Of a stretch of DNA of 64,000 nucleotides, positions 28,184 through 37,785 are shown piece after piece. Where the stretch lies: NCBI GenBank assembly GCA_965218795.1, contig OZ244653.1:96001-160000 (forward strand). Direction: 5' to 3'. The stretch comes from a bacterium. GTDB taxonomy: Bacteria > UBA8248 > JACPRG01 > G963555815. The notes under the pieces were generated by a model that was not told where the DNA came from, did no database searches, and saw nothing but the letters and a program-made list of their open reading frames with translations. The position numbers and the translations under genes were made by a program. The first letter of the stretch is position 1. Every line of letters starts with the position of its first letter.

Positions 28184-29452
28184 TCAGCGGGGTGTGAGCG
28201 CTTTCCAGTCGTCGGCGGGAATGATCTTCCTGCGTGGTTTCTCGAGCTTGAACAGTTTCAGCGCGCTCTCGCCGAGGATGTTCCGTCTGGCCCGTTCGCT
28301 CAGGAAGGGCAGGTCGAATATCGTGCTGGGCAGATCGAAATCCCAGTGAAACCAGTCTGAGGCGTAGAGCACCTGCGTCTCGGCGTTGAGCATCTCAAAG
28401 TTGAACTCCAGCGCCTTGAGATCATCCATCTCGAGGGGCTGCGTGGTGAAGAACATCTCCCGGATGTACTCGCTCGGCTTCTTTTTCAGCAACGGCGCCT
28501 CGGAGGTGCGCTTCATGTACTCGCCGTCCAGGCGTTGCATCAGGAAAACCGCCCAGGCGAGGCCGCTCTCTATCCAGACGACGTCGAGGTTCGGAAACCG
28601 TTCCGGGATTCCGTTGACCACCCAGTTGGTCAGGTGGACCGCGTTCCAGAACACCATGCCCACCGCGTGGACCCCGATGAATCGGTTGAACTGGCCCATG
28701 CTCGGATCGTGCCAGGAATACCCGCCGTGGAAGGTCAGGGGCATGTCCCGCTCTTCGAGGGCTGCGTAAAGCTTCATGTACTGGTCGTCGTGAACCGGCA
28801 GGTTCCGGACGCTCGTGACCAGGAAGCCGACCACCCCGGGTTTGTCGGCAAACTCCTCGACGGTGCGAACCGCGGCGTCCGGCACGCTGAACGGCAGATA
28901 GGCGAGCGCCTTGATCCGGTCGTCTCCCGGCAGGACCTTCTCCACCATCCATCGGTTGTAGGCCCGGCCCATCAGGACCTCCATCTCGGTCTGCGGGTGC
29001 ATCCCCAGGGACAGAATCCCCGTGGGAAAAAGCAACGAATAGTCAATGCCGAGGCACTCCAGCGAGCGCCGGAGCTGGATGATGTCGCGATGAACGTCCG
29101 GAGCTTCGCCGGCTTCATCCCATCCCTGATGGCGCTGGTGCCGGATGCGTCCGCCTACGTCCTGATGGTACGCGATGGGGTCGATCAGGCCGTACTGAGG
29201 AGACGCGACCTTGGTCTGGAAATCCAGCGCCTGCTGGCGGATGACCGGATCCTCCACGTATTCGAGGATCTCAACCCAGGATGCAGTCTCCATATTGTGG
29301 CAGTCGGCGTCCACGATGACGTAATCCTCGTATTTCCTCTCGATGGCCTGCTTCTTCGCCAGCGCGAGGATCTCCCGCGTGTCCGCCTGATCGTCGATCC
29401 GCTCCAGCACCCGGATTTCTTCCGCTGGATGCGTCGATTGGTCATGACTCAT
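28184..29452 (-). CDS. Amidohydrolase-fold protein, downstream of the Rieske ferredoxin gene
   Basis: DADCHNME, AYNRW, WIESGLAW, SEAPLLKKKPSEYIRE, LYASDWFHWDFD. Confidence 0.88.
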   Translation of the reverse strand: MSHDQSTHPAEEIRVLERIDDQADTREILALAKKQAIERKYEDYVIVDADCHNMETASWVEILEYVEDPVIRQQALDFQTKVASPQYGLIDPIAYHQDVGGRIRHQRHQGWDEAGEAPDVHRDIIQLRRSLECLGIDYSLLFPTGILSLGMHPQTEMEVLMGRAYNRWMVEKVLPGDDRIKALAYLPFSVPDAAVRTVEEFADKPGVVGFLVTSVRNLPVHDDQYMKLYAALEERDMPLTFHGGYSWHDPSMGQFNRFIGVHAVGMVFWNAVHLTNWVVNGIPERFPNLDVVWIESGLAWAVFLMQRLDGEYMKRTSEAPLLKKKPSEYIREMFFTTQPLEMDDLKALEFNFEMLNAETQVLYASDWFHWDFDLPSTIFDLPFLSERARRNILGESALKLFKLEKPRRKIIPADDWKALTPR

Positions 29453-29540
29453 CTTGTACTCTCCCTGCCTCTTTGCGCGGCGCAATCGGATCGTTTTCCC
29501 CGCTCTGTTCGCGAGACGCTCCGGGCGCGGGCGGGACGCA

Positions 29541-29906
29541 TCACAAGATCACGTATATCTCATTTCCGCGGCGCTCAATCTCATGACCTCTCAGACGGAC
29601 GCGCCGGTCCCCCGGGTGCGCACCGGTCTTGAGATCGAACTCATAACCGTGCCAGGGGCAGATGATATGTATGTGGTAGTTCGAGAAACTCAGCCCCCGG
29701 TTCGTCTTGTCCTCGGCCAGATTCTGCTCCACCTTTTCCAGGATCCGCCCCTGACAGACCGGGCCTCCTTGGTGAGGGCAGATATTCCGGTAGGCGTGAA
29801 ATTCCTCCCCGATCCGAAACACGCCGATTTCGACATCCCCCTGGCCGATGATCTTGCAGCCTCCATTTTCGAACTCGTCCACGTTTCCCACATACAACTC
29901 CACCAC
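29541..29906 (-). CDS. Rieske [2Fe-2S] ferredoxin
   Basis: CPHQGGPVC...CPWHGYEFDLKTG. Confidence 0.92.
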   Translation of the reverse strand: MVELYVGNVDEFENGGCKIIGQGDVEIGVFRIGEEFHAYRNICPHQGGPVCQGRILEKVEQNLAEDKTNRGLSFSNYHIHIICPWHGYEFDLKTGAHPGDRRVRLRGHEIERRGNEIYVIL

Positions 29907-30049
29907 CGGTGTATCTCCTCAGTCCGGTTCTTGAGTCGACTCACGTGGATGGTAGGAGCATACCGTTGGCGAGTCAACCTGGGCCGCCGACCCTACCCGG
30001 TCTGATCGCGGTCGAAGTTGTTGCATGAAGCGATCACTCAGGCAGCCAC

Positions 30050-30455
30050 TCCCAGATGGTCGCCAACATCACGATCAAGGAACGGTTGATCGAGGTTTTG
30101 AACAAATACGGCCCCGAATCCTTCGATGAGTCGGAGACGCTCCTCCGGCGGCTGCTGCGGGAGCTTCCAGACGACACCTGGCGCACGAGGCAGTACCTGG
30201 AGACCGGGGAGGAGGATTACGCGGTCACCTGGCCATGTCCAAGAGAGACGACGCGCTTCACTTCGATTTCTCCAGGCCCAGTCAGCAGGCGCCGGTCGGC
30301 CTGAATTCCGCCTATTGGGGGACCTACGGCGCGCTGCTGGCCCCGCTCTTTCCGGTCCCGGGTTTCGACATTCTGTGGAACGGCGGGTTCATGAAACCCA
30401 TCGCCATATTCGCCCCGGAGGGGAGCCTGTGAACTGCCGGCGCCCCGCGCCCAAC
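30050..30455 (+). pseudogene. Hydantoinase B/oxoprolinase internal fragment
   Basis: LNKYG...ESETLLRRLLRELPD, LHFDFS, APVGLNS, WNGG..PI...APEGSL(V)NCRRPAP, spread over shifted frames. Confidence 0.7.
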
Positions 30456-30476
30456 CGGGCAATGGCCGGCAGAAAG

Positions 30477-31145
30477 TCAAACCATCCCTTTGACGGCGCT
30501 GTAGAAATCGAGCCCGTACGCGTTGCAAAGAGACTCGAACTTCAGCTCCGAAACCTCCACCACGCACTGCTGGCTTTCTTCCGTCGTGGCGTACGTTTCC
30601 AGTATCTTCCTGCCCGTCAGAATGTGGTCGCCCTCGTCCACGATCACCTCCCGGTCCAGCTCCTCCGCGAGGTCGTCGCCCTTGAGCTTGGCCACGAAGC
30701 TTTTCAGTCTCCGCAAAATCGTCATGAGCACCACTTCTCCCGTGACCTGGAGGGAGGCGGCAATCTCAATCGGGGTATCAAAGGCATACGTATCCAGGAA
30801 AAGCTGGTACTGGGTCTGGGGCGGCTCATAATTCACCAGATCGCCGTCCTCCCCCCAATCCTTCAGGATTTCCGAGAAAAACAGCGAATGCCGGTACTCG
30901 TCGCTGATCTGCTTGGCGAGGCGGAGGCGGCACTCGACGTCGTCGTCCGGCAAGAGGGTGAGCTGCTTGGCGGGCGGACGAACTCCCAGCATGAACTCTG
31001 TCCACATGTGGTACTTGCACATCCGGATGATCTGCTCTTCGTCCACGTCCTGCACCGGGTCCAGGACCAGTTCCTTCAAGCGGGTAGCGTACTTGTCCGA
31101 GTGGGTGATGACCCGGACGGCGAACTCGTGGCTATCCATCACCAT
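30477..31145 (-). CDS. Ferritin-like (di-iron carboxylate) protein
   Basis: Two ExxH motifs (DEYRH, DEGDH), each preceded by a helix Glu (WTE, TGE). Confidence 0.65.
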   Translation of the reverse strand: MVMDSHEFAVRVITHSDKYATRLKELVLDPVQDVDEEQIIRMCKYHMWTEFMLGVRPPAKQLTLLPDDDVECRLRLAKQISDEYRHSLFFSEILKDWGEDGDLVNYEPPQTQYQLFLDTYAFDTPIEIAASLQVTGEVVLMTILRRLKSFVAKLKGDDLAEELDREVIVDEGDHILTGRKILETYATTEESQQCVVEVSELKFESLCNAYGLDFYSAVKGMV

Positions 31146-31157
31146 GGCGGCAACTCC

Positions 31158-31370
31158 TTAATATTCGATGGGCCGGACGCGCCCCAATCGTTCATACAGC
31201 TCGCGCAGATCGCGGGACGGGCTCACCTTCGCGCCGACCTGATAGCGCAGGAACTGGAAGTCGTTCCAGATCACGTCGACGTCGGGCGGCGCGGGGCCGC
31301 TGTCCTCCCCGCGCATCCGGCCCAGGATGTCCAGGGCGTCGTCGATCCTGTTGAGCAGTTCACTCCACAT
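31158..31370 (-). CDS. Small hypothetical protein
   Basis: 70 aa ORF with a GAGG RBS, between the co-oriented cyclase and ferritin-like genes. Confidence 0.55.
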   Translation of the reverse strand: MWSELLNRIDDALDILGRMRGEDSGPAPPDVDVIWNDFQFLRYQVGAKVSPSRDLRELYERLGRVRPIEY

Positions 31371-31418
31371 GACGTTCCTCTTTCTTCTGAGCGCCCGCGG
31401 GGTTCCCCACGAGCTCAG

Positions 31419-32135
31419 TCAGTCAATGATTGCGACGGCGCGAATGTGCGTCCCGGTCGCGCCCTTCCAGTGAAGCGGTAAAACGCTGGCCGTGAAGCCG
31501 TGGGCCCGGGGAATATCGCCCAGGTTGGCGAGATTTTCCATGTGCCAATACTCGCGCTTCTGGAAGAGGCGGTGACAGGGCCAGGGATCCTTGCGTTCCA
31601 TCATCTCCTTGGGAGGCAGATCGAAGCCCGGCGCGTCGATGCCCATGACTTGAATGCCCTGATCGATCAGCCACTCGGTGCTCTCGCTGATCATGCCGGG
31701 GTGATCCGTCAGGTAGCGCGGTTCGTCGTTATAGTCGGAGGCCCCTGTCCAAATGAAGGTGATCTCTCCGCCTTGGATCTCGTAGTCTTCCTTCGATATC
31801 GCAGCCTTCAGATCGTCGATCCCGATCGGCTCGCCGGCCTTTTTGTGACGGAGGTCAAGCCGGAGTCCGGGGCCGTAGCATTTCCCGATGGGGATGGCCT
31901 CCGACCACGAGTCGTTCCGCCCCCCGTGGCTCCGTGCGTCGATGTGCGTGCCGCAGTGCTCGCTGAAGACGCAAATGCTGTGGGCGAAGGTCTCGGGGTA
32001 GCCCATCTTGTCCGCCCCGAGCCGTTCCGCGCACTCGAATGTTGTCTCGACCAGCTTGATCATCGGCTGAATCGTGCCCGGGTAATATTGCATCCGCTGG
32101 TGAACGGGCATGGAAAGATCGATGAGTTGTGTCAT
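31419..32135 (-). CDS. Cyclase family protein (kynurenine formamidase/isatin hydrolase-like)
   Basis: IDLS, HCGTHIDA (HxGTHxD), GIDA, HMENL. Confidence 0.9.
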   Translation of the reverse strand: MTQLIDLSMPVHQRMQYYPGTIQPMIKLVETTFECAERLGADKMGYPETFAHSICVFSEHCGTHIDARSHGGRNDSWSEAIPIGKCYGPGLRLDLRHKKAGEPIGIDDLKAAISKEDYEIQGGEITFIWTGASDYNDEPRYLTDHPGMISESTEWLIDQGIQVMGIDAPGFDLPPKEMMERKDPWPCHRLFQKREYWHMENLANLGDIPRAHGFTASVLPLHWKGATGTHIRAVAIID

Positions 32136-32608
32136 GCCTCGAATCCTCCCGCAGGAATCTGATGCAAATGCTCATCGTTTGGAATTGATTTGGAGCAGGA
32201 ATCCCCCGTTTCAAATCCGGACAGGCCCGCGAATGATCCTTACGTTGCCGTTTGACGCATTTCAGCTTGCTCTGAAAGACCTGTCAACTGACTGACGGGC
32301 GTCTAACATCCCGGCGGCGCCCGAAGGGAATCCACAGACGCCCGCAGGATGCCCAAACAAGGGAGCGGTCTACGCAAATTCCACGGGTTGCATGTAAAGG
32401 AGAGAAGGGAACAGGACCAGATCAGCTGAACAGCCACCGGCTGAACAGCCATCGGCTGAAGATGCTCGAGATGCGACCCAGAGGTACATTCGTCCCAAGG
32501 GTTGCGAAAACGCAGTGGCGCGTTGCCGCCCGCATTGCCTGGATCCGGCTCAGTCCCTATAATCCCATCAATTTCCACATCGTTTGTCGATTTTGACGGG
32601 GCTTGAGC

Positions 32609-33535
32609 ATGACCGAACCACCCGAACTCATCAAGGAAGTCACTCCCGGCGGCCGGGATGAGGACTCCCCCAACCTCGAACGCGCCACGGAAGCCCTCAA
32701 GAATGTACGCGTGGTCCTGGTCGATCCCCAATATCCTGGCAACATCGGCTCCTCGGCCCGCGCAATGAAAAACATGGGGATCACCGATTTGCGCCTCGTC
32801 TTCTACGGCGAGCCCGTCGAGCACACCAACGCCGACGCCAGGATGATGGCTATGTACGCCAAGGACATGCTCTACCGCGCGCCGGTCTGTCAATCGTTGA
32901 ACGAAGCCGTGGCGGACTGCTCCCTGGTCGTCGGCACGACGCGCAGGAGGGGGAAATACCGCCAAGCGACGCCCACCGTCCACGGTATCGCCGGGCGCGT
33001 GCTTCAAACGGCCCGGAATTTTCCCGTGGCGCTCGTCTTCGGACCGGAGAGTTTCGGCCTCTCGAACGAGCACCTCCGCTGCTGTCATGAACTGACGTCC
33101 ATCCCCGCCCATCCGGAGTTCGCTTCGCTCAACCTGGCCATGGCTGTCATGGTCGTCTGCTACGAGATCTACCGGAGCGCCCTCGATCTCAGTGACGACG
33201 CCTCTGAGAGGTCCGCCGCCGCACCGCTGGCCACGGCGGAGGAGTTGGGGGGGATGTTCGGTCACATGAAGGGCACCCTGATGCGGGTCGGGTTTCTCGA
33301 CAAGCAGAACCCCGAGCGGATGATGACTTATCTGCGGAGACTTCTTTCCCGCGCCGACCTGGCCCCAAGGGACGTGAAGATCCTCCGGGGGATATTCCGG
33401 CAGGTGAACTGGGCCATTGACCGTGTGGAATCGGATGAGCCGGGCCCGGATGAGTTGGGAGAAGACATCAAGCCCAATTTGTCCGACGCCCGGCGGGAAA
33501 TCCCCAGCGAACGCACCGGTGTGGCGCGGCGATGA
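32609..33535 (+). CDS. trmJ: SPOUT RNA methyltransferase, TrmJ/LasT group
   Basis: PQYPGNIGSSARAMKNMG, VFGPESFGLSNE, SLNLAMAV, ILRGI. Confidence 0.85.
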   Translation: MTEPPELIKEVTPGGRDEDSPNLERATEALKNVRVVLVDPQYPGNIGSSARAMKNMGITDLRLVFYGEPVEHTNADARMMAMYAKDMLYRAPVCQSLNEAVADCSLVVGTTRRRGKYRQATPTVHGIAGRVLQTARNFPVALVFGPESFGLSNEHLRCCHELTSIPAHPEFASLNLAMAVMVVCYEIYRSALDLSDDASERSAAAPLATAEELGGMFGHMKGTLMRVGFLDKQNPERMMTYLRRLLSRADLAPRDVKILRGIFRQVNWAIDRVESDEPGPDELGEDIKPNLSDARREIPSERTGVARR

Positions 33536-35283
33536 CCGATCTCTATCCCGAATCGGCCCAGGCAGAGCGGCTCGCGGACTTCATTCGCGTCGCCCGTGGA
33601 GACGGGCCGGCGGACGTGGTGCTGAAGGGCGGGAAGGTCGTCAACGTTCTTTCCGGCGAAATCCAGGAAGCTACGGTCGCAATCTACAAGGGCCGGATTG
33701 CGGGGCTGGGGGATTACGAGGGCAGGGAGTCCCGGGACCTCGGCGGGATGTACATCGCGCCCGGTTTCATCGACGGGCACTGCCACATCGAAAGCTCCAT
33801 GCTGCCGCCGGCCGAGTACGCCCGCGCCGTGGTCCCGCGGGGCACGACGACGGTCATCGCCGACCCGCACGAGATCGCCAACGTCCTGGGCCTTGAGGGC
33901 GTCCGATTCATGATGGAGAGCAGCCGCCACTGCCCGCTCGACGTGTACCTGATGGCGCCGTCCTGCGTTCCGGCCTCGCATCTGGAGACGGCCGGCGCGA
34001 CGCTGAAGGCCGAGGACCTCGCGCCGCTCCTCTCCGACCCGCGTGTCTTGGGGATTGGGGAGGTGATGAACTTTCCGGGGGTCGTGACGGGGGACCCCGG
34101 AGTCCTGGCAAAACTCGCCCTCGACCCAGGGCTGGCGATAGACGGCCATGCGCCGGGGTTGTCGGGAAAGGAACTCTGCGCTTACGCGGCCGCGGGCGTT
34201 CATTCGGACCATGAATGCGTCACCGCGGCGGAGGCCCTTGAGAAGCTGCGGCTCGGGATGCACATTATGATCCGGGAGGGGTCCCCGGCCAAGAACTTGA
34301 AAACGCTGCTGCCCATCGTGAAACCGGAGAACGAATCACGGGTCTCTCTGGTGACCGATGACGTGGATCCGGCCGACCTCGCGGCCAAGGGCCATCTGGA
34401 TTACGTCCTGAACCTTGCCATTGAGCTCGGTCTGGATCCCATCTTGGCGATTCGGATGGTTACGTGGAACACTGCCCGGTATTTCGGTCTTCAGGGGCGG
34501 GGAGCCGTCGCGCCGGGCTATAACGCCGACCTTTCAATCTTCGAGGACATGCGCGATATCCGGGTGCGGCAGGTCTACAAGGACGGAAGCCTGGTGGCGA
34601 ACGATGGGCGGATGGCCTTTTATGGCGACCACGTGCCCTCGGGCCGGATCCGGAACACCGTGACCCTCCGCTGGGACAAGCTGGAAGACCTGTCGGTCCC
34701 GGCCGCCGGAAAGCGGCTGCGCGTCATCGGTGTGGAACCGGGACAGATCGTCACAAGCTCACTGGAGTTCGACGCCCGCATCGAGGACGGAAGGGCCGTT
34801 TCCGAAGTCGACCGGGATATCCTCAAGATGGCCGTGGCCGAGCGGCACGGAAGGACGGGCAAGGTCGGACTTGGATTTGTCCACGGTTTCGGGCTGCAAC
34901 GGGGCGCCATGGCCTCCTCCGTGGCCCACGATTCCCACAACGTGGTCGTTGTGGGCGTGGAGGACGAAGACCTGCGGGCGGGATTTCGCGCCGTGGAGGA
35001 GATGCAGGGCGGGCTGGCGGTGATCGTGGACGGCCGCCCGGCCGCCCGGGTCCCCCTTCAAATCGCCGGCCTGATGAGCGAATTGCCCATCGAGAAGGTC
35101 ACTGAAGAGTTGGAGGCCCTTCATGTGGCGGTGAAGGGCATCGGATGTCCGCTCGAATCCCCCTTCATGACGCTGTCTTTCCTGGCGTTGGCCGTCATCC
35201 CCCAACTCAAGCTCACAGACCAGGGGCTGGTGGATGTGGATAAATTCGATTTTGTAACGTTGTTCGCGGATGCGGAAGGGTAG
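33532..35283 (+). CDS. ade: Adenine deaminase
   Basis: DGHCHIESS, DPHEIANVLG, GEVMNFPG, DGHAPG, SDHEC, IREGS, SVAHDSHN. Confidence 0.95.
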   Translation: MTDLYPESAQAERLADFIRVARGDGPADVVLKGGKVVNVLSGEIQEATVAIYKGRIAGLGDYEGRESRDLGGMYIAPGFIDGHCHIESSMLPPAEYARAVVPRGTTTVIADPHEIANVLGLEGVRFMMESSRHCPLDVYLMAPSCVPASHLETAGATLKAEDLAPLLSDPRVLGIGEVMNFPGVVTGDPGVLAKLALDPGLAIDGHAPGLSGKELCAYAAAGVHSDHECVTAAEALEKLRLGMHIMIREGSPAKNLKTLLPIVKPENESRVSLVTDDVDPADLAAKGHLDYVLNLAIELGLDPILAIRMVTWNTARYFGLQGRGAVAPGYNADLSIFEDMRDIRVRQVYKDGSLVANDGRMAFYGDHVPSGRIRNTVTLRWDKLEDLSVPAAGKRLRVIGVEPGQIVTSSLEFDARIEDGRAVSEVDRDILKMAVAERHGRTGKVGLGFVHGFGLQRGAMASSVAHDSHNVVVVGVEDEDLRAGFRAVEEMQGGLAVIVDGRPAARVPLQIAGLMSELPIEKVTEELEALHVAVKGIGCPLESPFMTLSFLALAVIPQLKLTDQGLVDVDKFDFVTLFADAEG

Positions 35284-35433
35284 GGCCCAGCGCTCAAGCG
35301 AAATCGTCCCGCATAAGATTTTGACAGAGAGGGATTCACCCCCTCGTCAATTGTTTTTGCGAAATTGAGTTCACAGTCTTGTTCCCGGAACAGGCTGAAC
35401 CGGACGGCGGCGTCCAAGAGAGGCAGACAGCCC

Positions 35434-36159
35434 ATGACTGATTCCTGCAAAATCAAATACTATATTGCAGCCCACGATGAAGACGCCTTGAAGGAGGCCA
35501 TCACCTCCGACGCGGACGTGATCGTCATGGACCTGGAACAAAATTGTCCGGCCGACAAGAAAAAGGCGGGTCGGGCGCTGGTGCAACGGGCTTGCGCGGA
35601 CATGGATTTCAAGGGCTCGGCCAAGTGGGTTCGGGTCAATATCGGCGGCTCGAAGGAACAGGAAGAAGACCTGGAGAGCCTCGAACATCTGCCGGACGGA
35701 ATCGTCCTCGCTTCGGCCCAGGACGCCCAGGAAACCCTGGGACTGGCGAAGGTCCTGGTCGATGTCGAGCGGCGGGTCGGCGTCGACCCGGGAACAATAC
35801 CGATCGTGCCGAATATCGAATCCGGCCGGGGCCTTCGAAATGCGTTCGAAATCGCCGAATGCAGCGCCCGGATCTCCGAAATCGGCTTGGGCGGCGGGGA
35901 CATGCTGAGGGACCTGGGCGGCATCCGCGTTCCGGAGGGAGGCGAACTGTACCACGTCAGGGCGCGACTGGCGGTCGAGGCCCGGGCCGCGGGGGTTGCC
36001 CTCATGGACACGGTGACCCCTCTGAACGCCGAGGAAGATTATTTGATGCGGGACACGCGGGAGGCCTTCAAGCTCGGCTTCAAGGGCCGGGCGGTGCTGG
36101 GCGCGGAGCAAATCGAGCCCATTCGGCGGATCTGGGCGGAAATGCACGGAGACGGCTGA
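35434..36159 (+). CDS. HpcH/HpaI aldolase / citrate lyase beta (CitE-like) protein
   Basis: ADVIVMDLE, WVRVN, IESGRGL, GGGDMLRDLG, LGFKGR. Confidence 0.8.
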   Translation: MTDSCKIKYYIAAHDEDALKEAITSDADVIVMDLEQNCPADKKKAGRALVQRACADMDFKGSAKWVRVNIGGSKEQEEDLESLEHLPDGIVLASAQDAQETLGLAKVLVDVERRVGVDPGTIPIVPNIESGRGLRNAFEIAECSARISEIGLGGGDMLRDLGGIRVPEGGELYHVRARLAVEARAAGVALMDTVTPLNAEEDYLMRDTREAFKLGFKGRAVLGAEQIEPIRRIWAEMHGDG

Positions 36160-36215
36160 AATCCTTGCGAGGGCCTGAATCCCTCCCGCAAGTTGTGAAT
36201 TTCGGTCCAAAAATT

Positions 36216-36267
36216 AAAAGAGCCGGACAGATCAAAAGCTGAGGTTCTTCGATCTCCCGGCTCTTTT
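36216..36267. terminator. Probable bidirectional intrinsic terminator between convergent genes
   Basis: AAAAGAGCCGG...CCGGCTCTTTT inverted repeat with A/T tails. Confidence 0.7.
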
Positions 36268-36299
36268 GAAAGCGGCCTCTCAATTGGCGTGCAATTTCG

Positions 36300-36572
36300 T
36301 TAAGCGACAGCCTGTTTCAGCTTTCCCCCCGCCACGAATTTCGGAACTCTTTTCGCGGCCACGTGAATGGATTCGCCCGTCTTGGGATTGCGCGCCTGGC
36401 GGGCTTTGCGCTGGGCCACGGAGAACGTGCCGAAACCGGAGAGCACAACGCGCTCTCCACGCTTGAGGCCCTTGACGATCTCATCGATCACGCTGTCAAT
36501 GGCAACCTCAGCCTTGGTTTTCGGGATTTCGGCCTTCCTGGCCACAGCATCGATGACATCAGCTTTGTTCAT
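36300..36572 (-). CDS. hup: HU family DNA-binding protein
   Basis: MNKADVI, GFGTF, ARQARNPKTGE, PKFVAGGKLK. Confidence 0.95.
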   Translation of the reverse strand: MNKADVIDAVARKAEIPKTKAEVAIDSVIDEIVKGLKRGERVVLSGFGTFSVAQRKARQARNPKTGESIHVAAKRVPKFVAGGKLKQAVA

Positions 36573-36909
36573 ACCTTTTCCTCCCTTTGGATCGGTTATC
36601 GGGCCTCTTGGCCCGATGGGGAGCCAACGACATTCCACACCTGGTTCTTCCAGTTTCCCCTACATTTAGGTAAAAAACCTATTTGCAGACCCAATATGTC
36701 GTATGAATTTGCAGATTGTCAAGATTTTATTTCATGAAAAATCAAGGCTGATTCCCTGTATACCGACAATCCCAACTCCTCCTTAGAATGGGATTGGACA
36801 AATTCGGGGCTAAAATATTCCCGTGGAAGGTCCGACAAGAGGCCGGCAAACCGGGCCGGAGGGGCGATTGCGACTGGCCGGTCTGAATTTCTGAAAATTT
36901 GCCCCGGAT

Positions 36910-37644
36910 TTATGAGGGACGGGGGTCTTGGGGGAGAGCCCCCGCGGGAAGAGCGGATCCATCCCCGGTCGCGCTTTCATCAATCAGCCGGGAGGCTTCC
37001 CGAAGCCCGGTTTCGATTCGCCCTACAGCGGTTTCGGGCGGGAAATGGCGGGACGGCTTTTTGAAAACACGGGAGTAGAACGCCCGGGCGATGTCTTCTG
37101 CACTCTCTCCCGCGCGGTGCCGGTCCCAGATCTCAAGGTACCATTTGTAAATGCCGAGATCTTGGGGAGGCTCGCCGCCCTGCTCCGGATGGAAATCGGG
37201 ATGCCGGTCCATCCTCCGCAGAACCAGTTCATCGAGGACGGCATCGAGGATCGGCAGCAGGTTGGCCCGAGGGGTGCGGAGGTCCACTTCGATGGTGACC
37301 CGGAATTTGTCGCCTGCGTCAGGATCGTCCCGGTTTTCCTCGCCATCCGGGTCAAACACGCGCAAAGCGGGAAAACCCGACACCTCGGGCTGGTCCCCGT
37401 AGGGATACATGATGGGGAGGCGGATTCCGTCCGGGGTTTCAGATGGGTCGGGCAGGGCCCCCAGGCGGTATTTAGCCATGAGACGGAAGGCCTCCCGGCG
37501 CACGGGCTGGGCCTCCTCGGAGCCGTGTTTCGAGATGAGCTTGCGGTAAGCCGCGTGATCCACCTGATATACTTCATTTCTGCGGAGGAATTCCCACCGG
37601 AGATCCAGCAATTCCCGCAGGAGAAGAAGGGATTCTCGCTTCAT
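36910..37644 (-). CDS. Hypothetical regulator resembling a DUF6499-DUF2285 (FseA-like) fusion
   Basis: WEFLRRNEVY at the N-terminus; C-terminal LEIWDRHRAGESAEDIARAFY...REASRLID helix-turn-helix-like segment. Confidence 0.55.
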   Translation of the reverse strand: MKRESLLLLRELLDLRWEFLRRNEVYQVDHAAYRKLISKHGSEEAQPVRREAFRLMAKYRLGALPDPSETPDGIRLPIMYPYGDQPEVSGFPALRVFDPDGEENRDDPDAGDKFRVTIEVDLRTPRANLLPILDAVLDELVLRRMDRHPDFHPEQGGEPPQDLGIYKWYLEIWDRHRAGESAEDIARAFYSRVFKKPSRHFPPETAVGRIETGLREASRLIDESATGDGSALPAGALPQDPRPS

Positions 37645-37785
37645 CGTCCGTGACAATGGGTCTCTCCCGAATGAGTTCTCTTTTCAAGTTAGACAGTCCG
37701 TAGACGGTGGGCAAAAGGGAAGCGGGAGGCGCTTTTTCGAAGCCGCCCCCTCAATCGACTTGCCCACGGGCCGCTCACACCAAAA

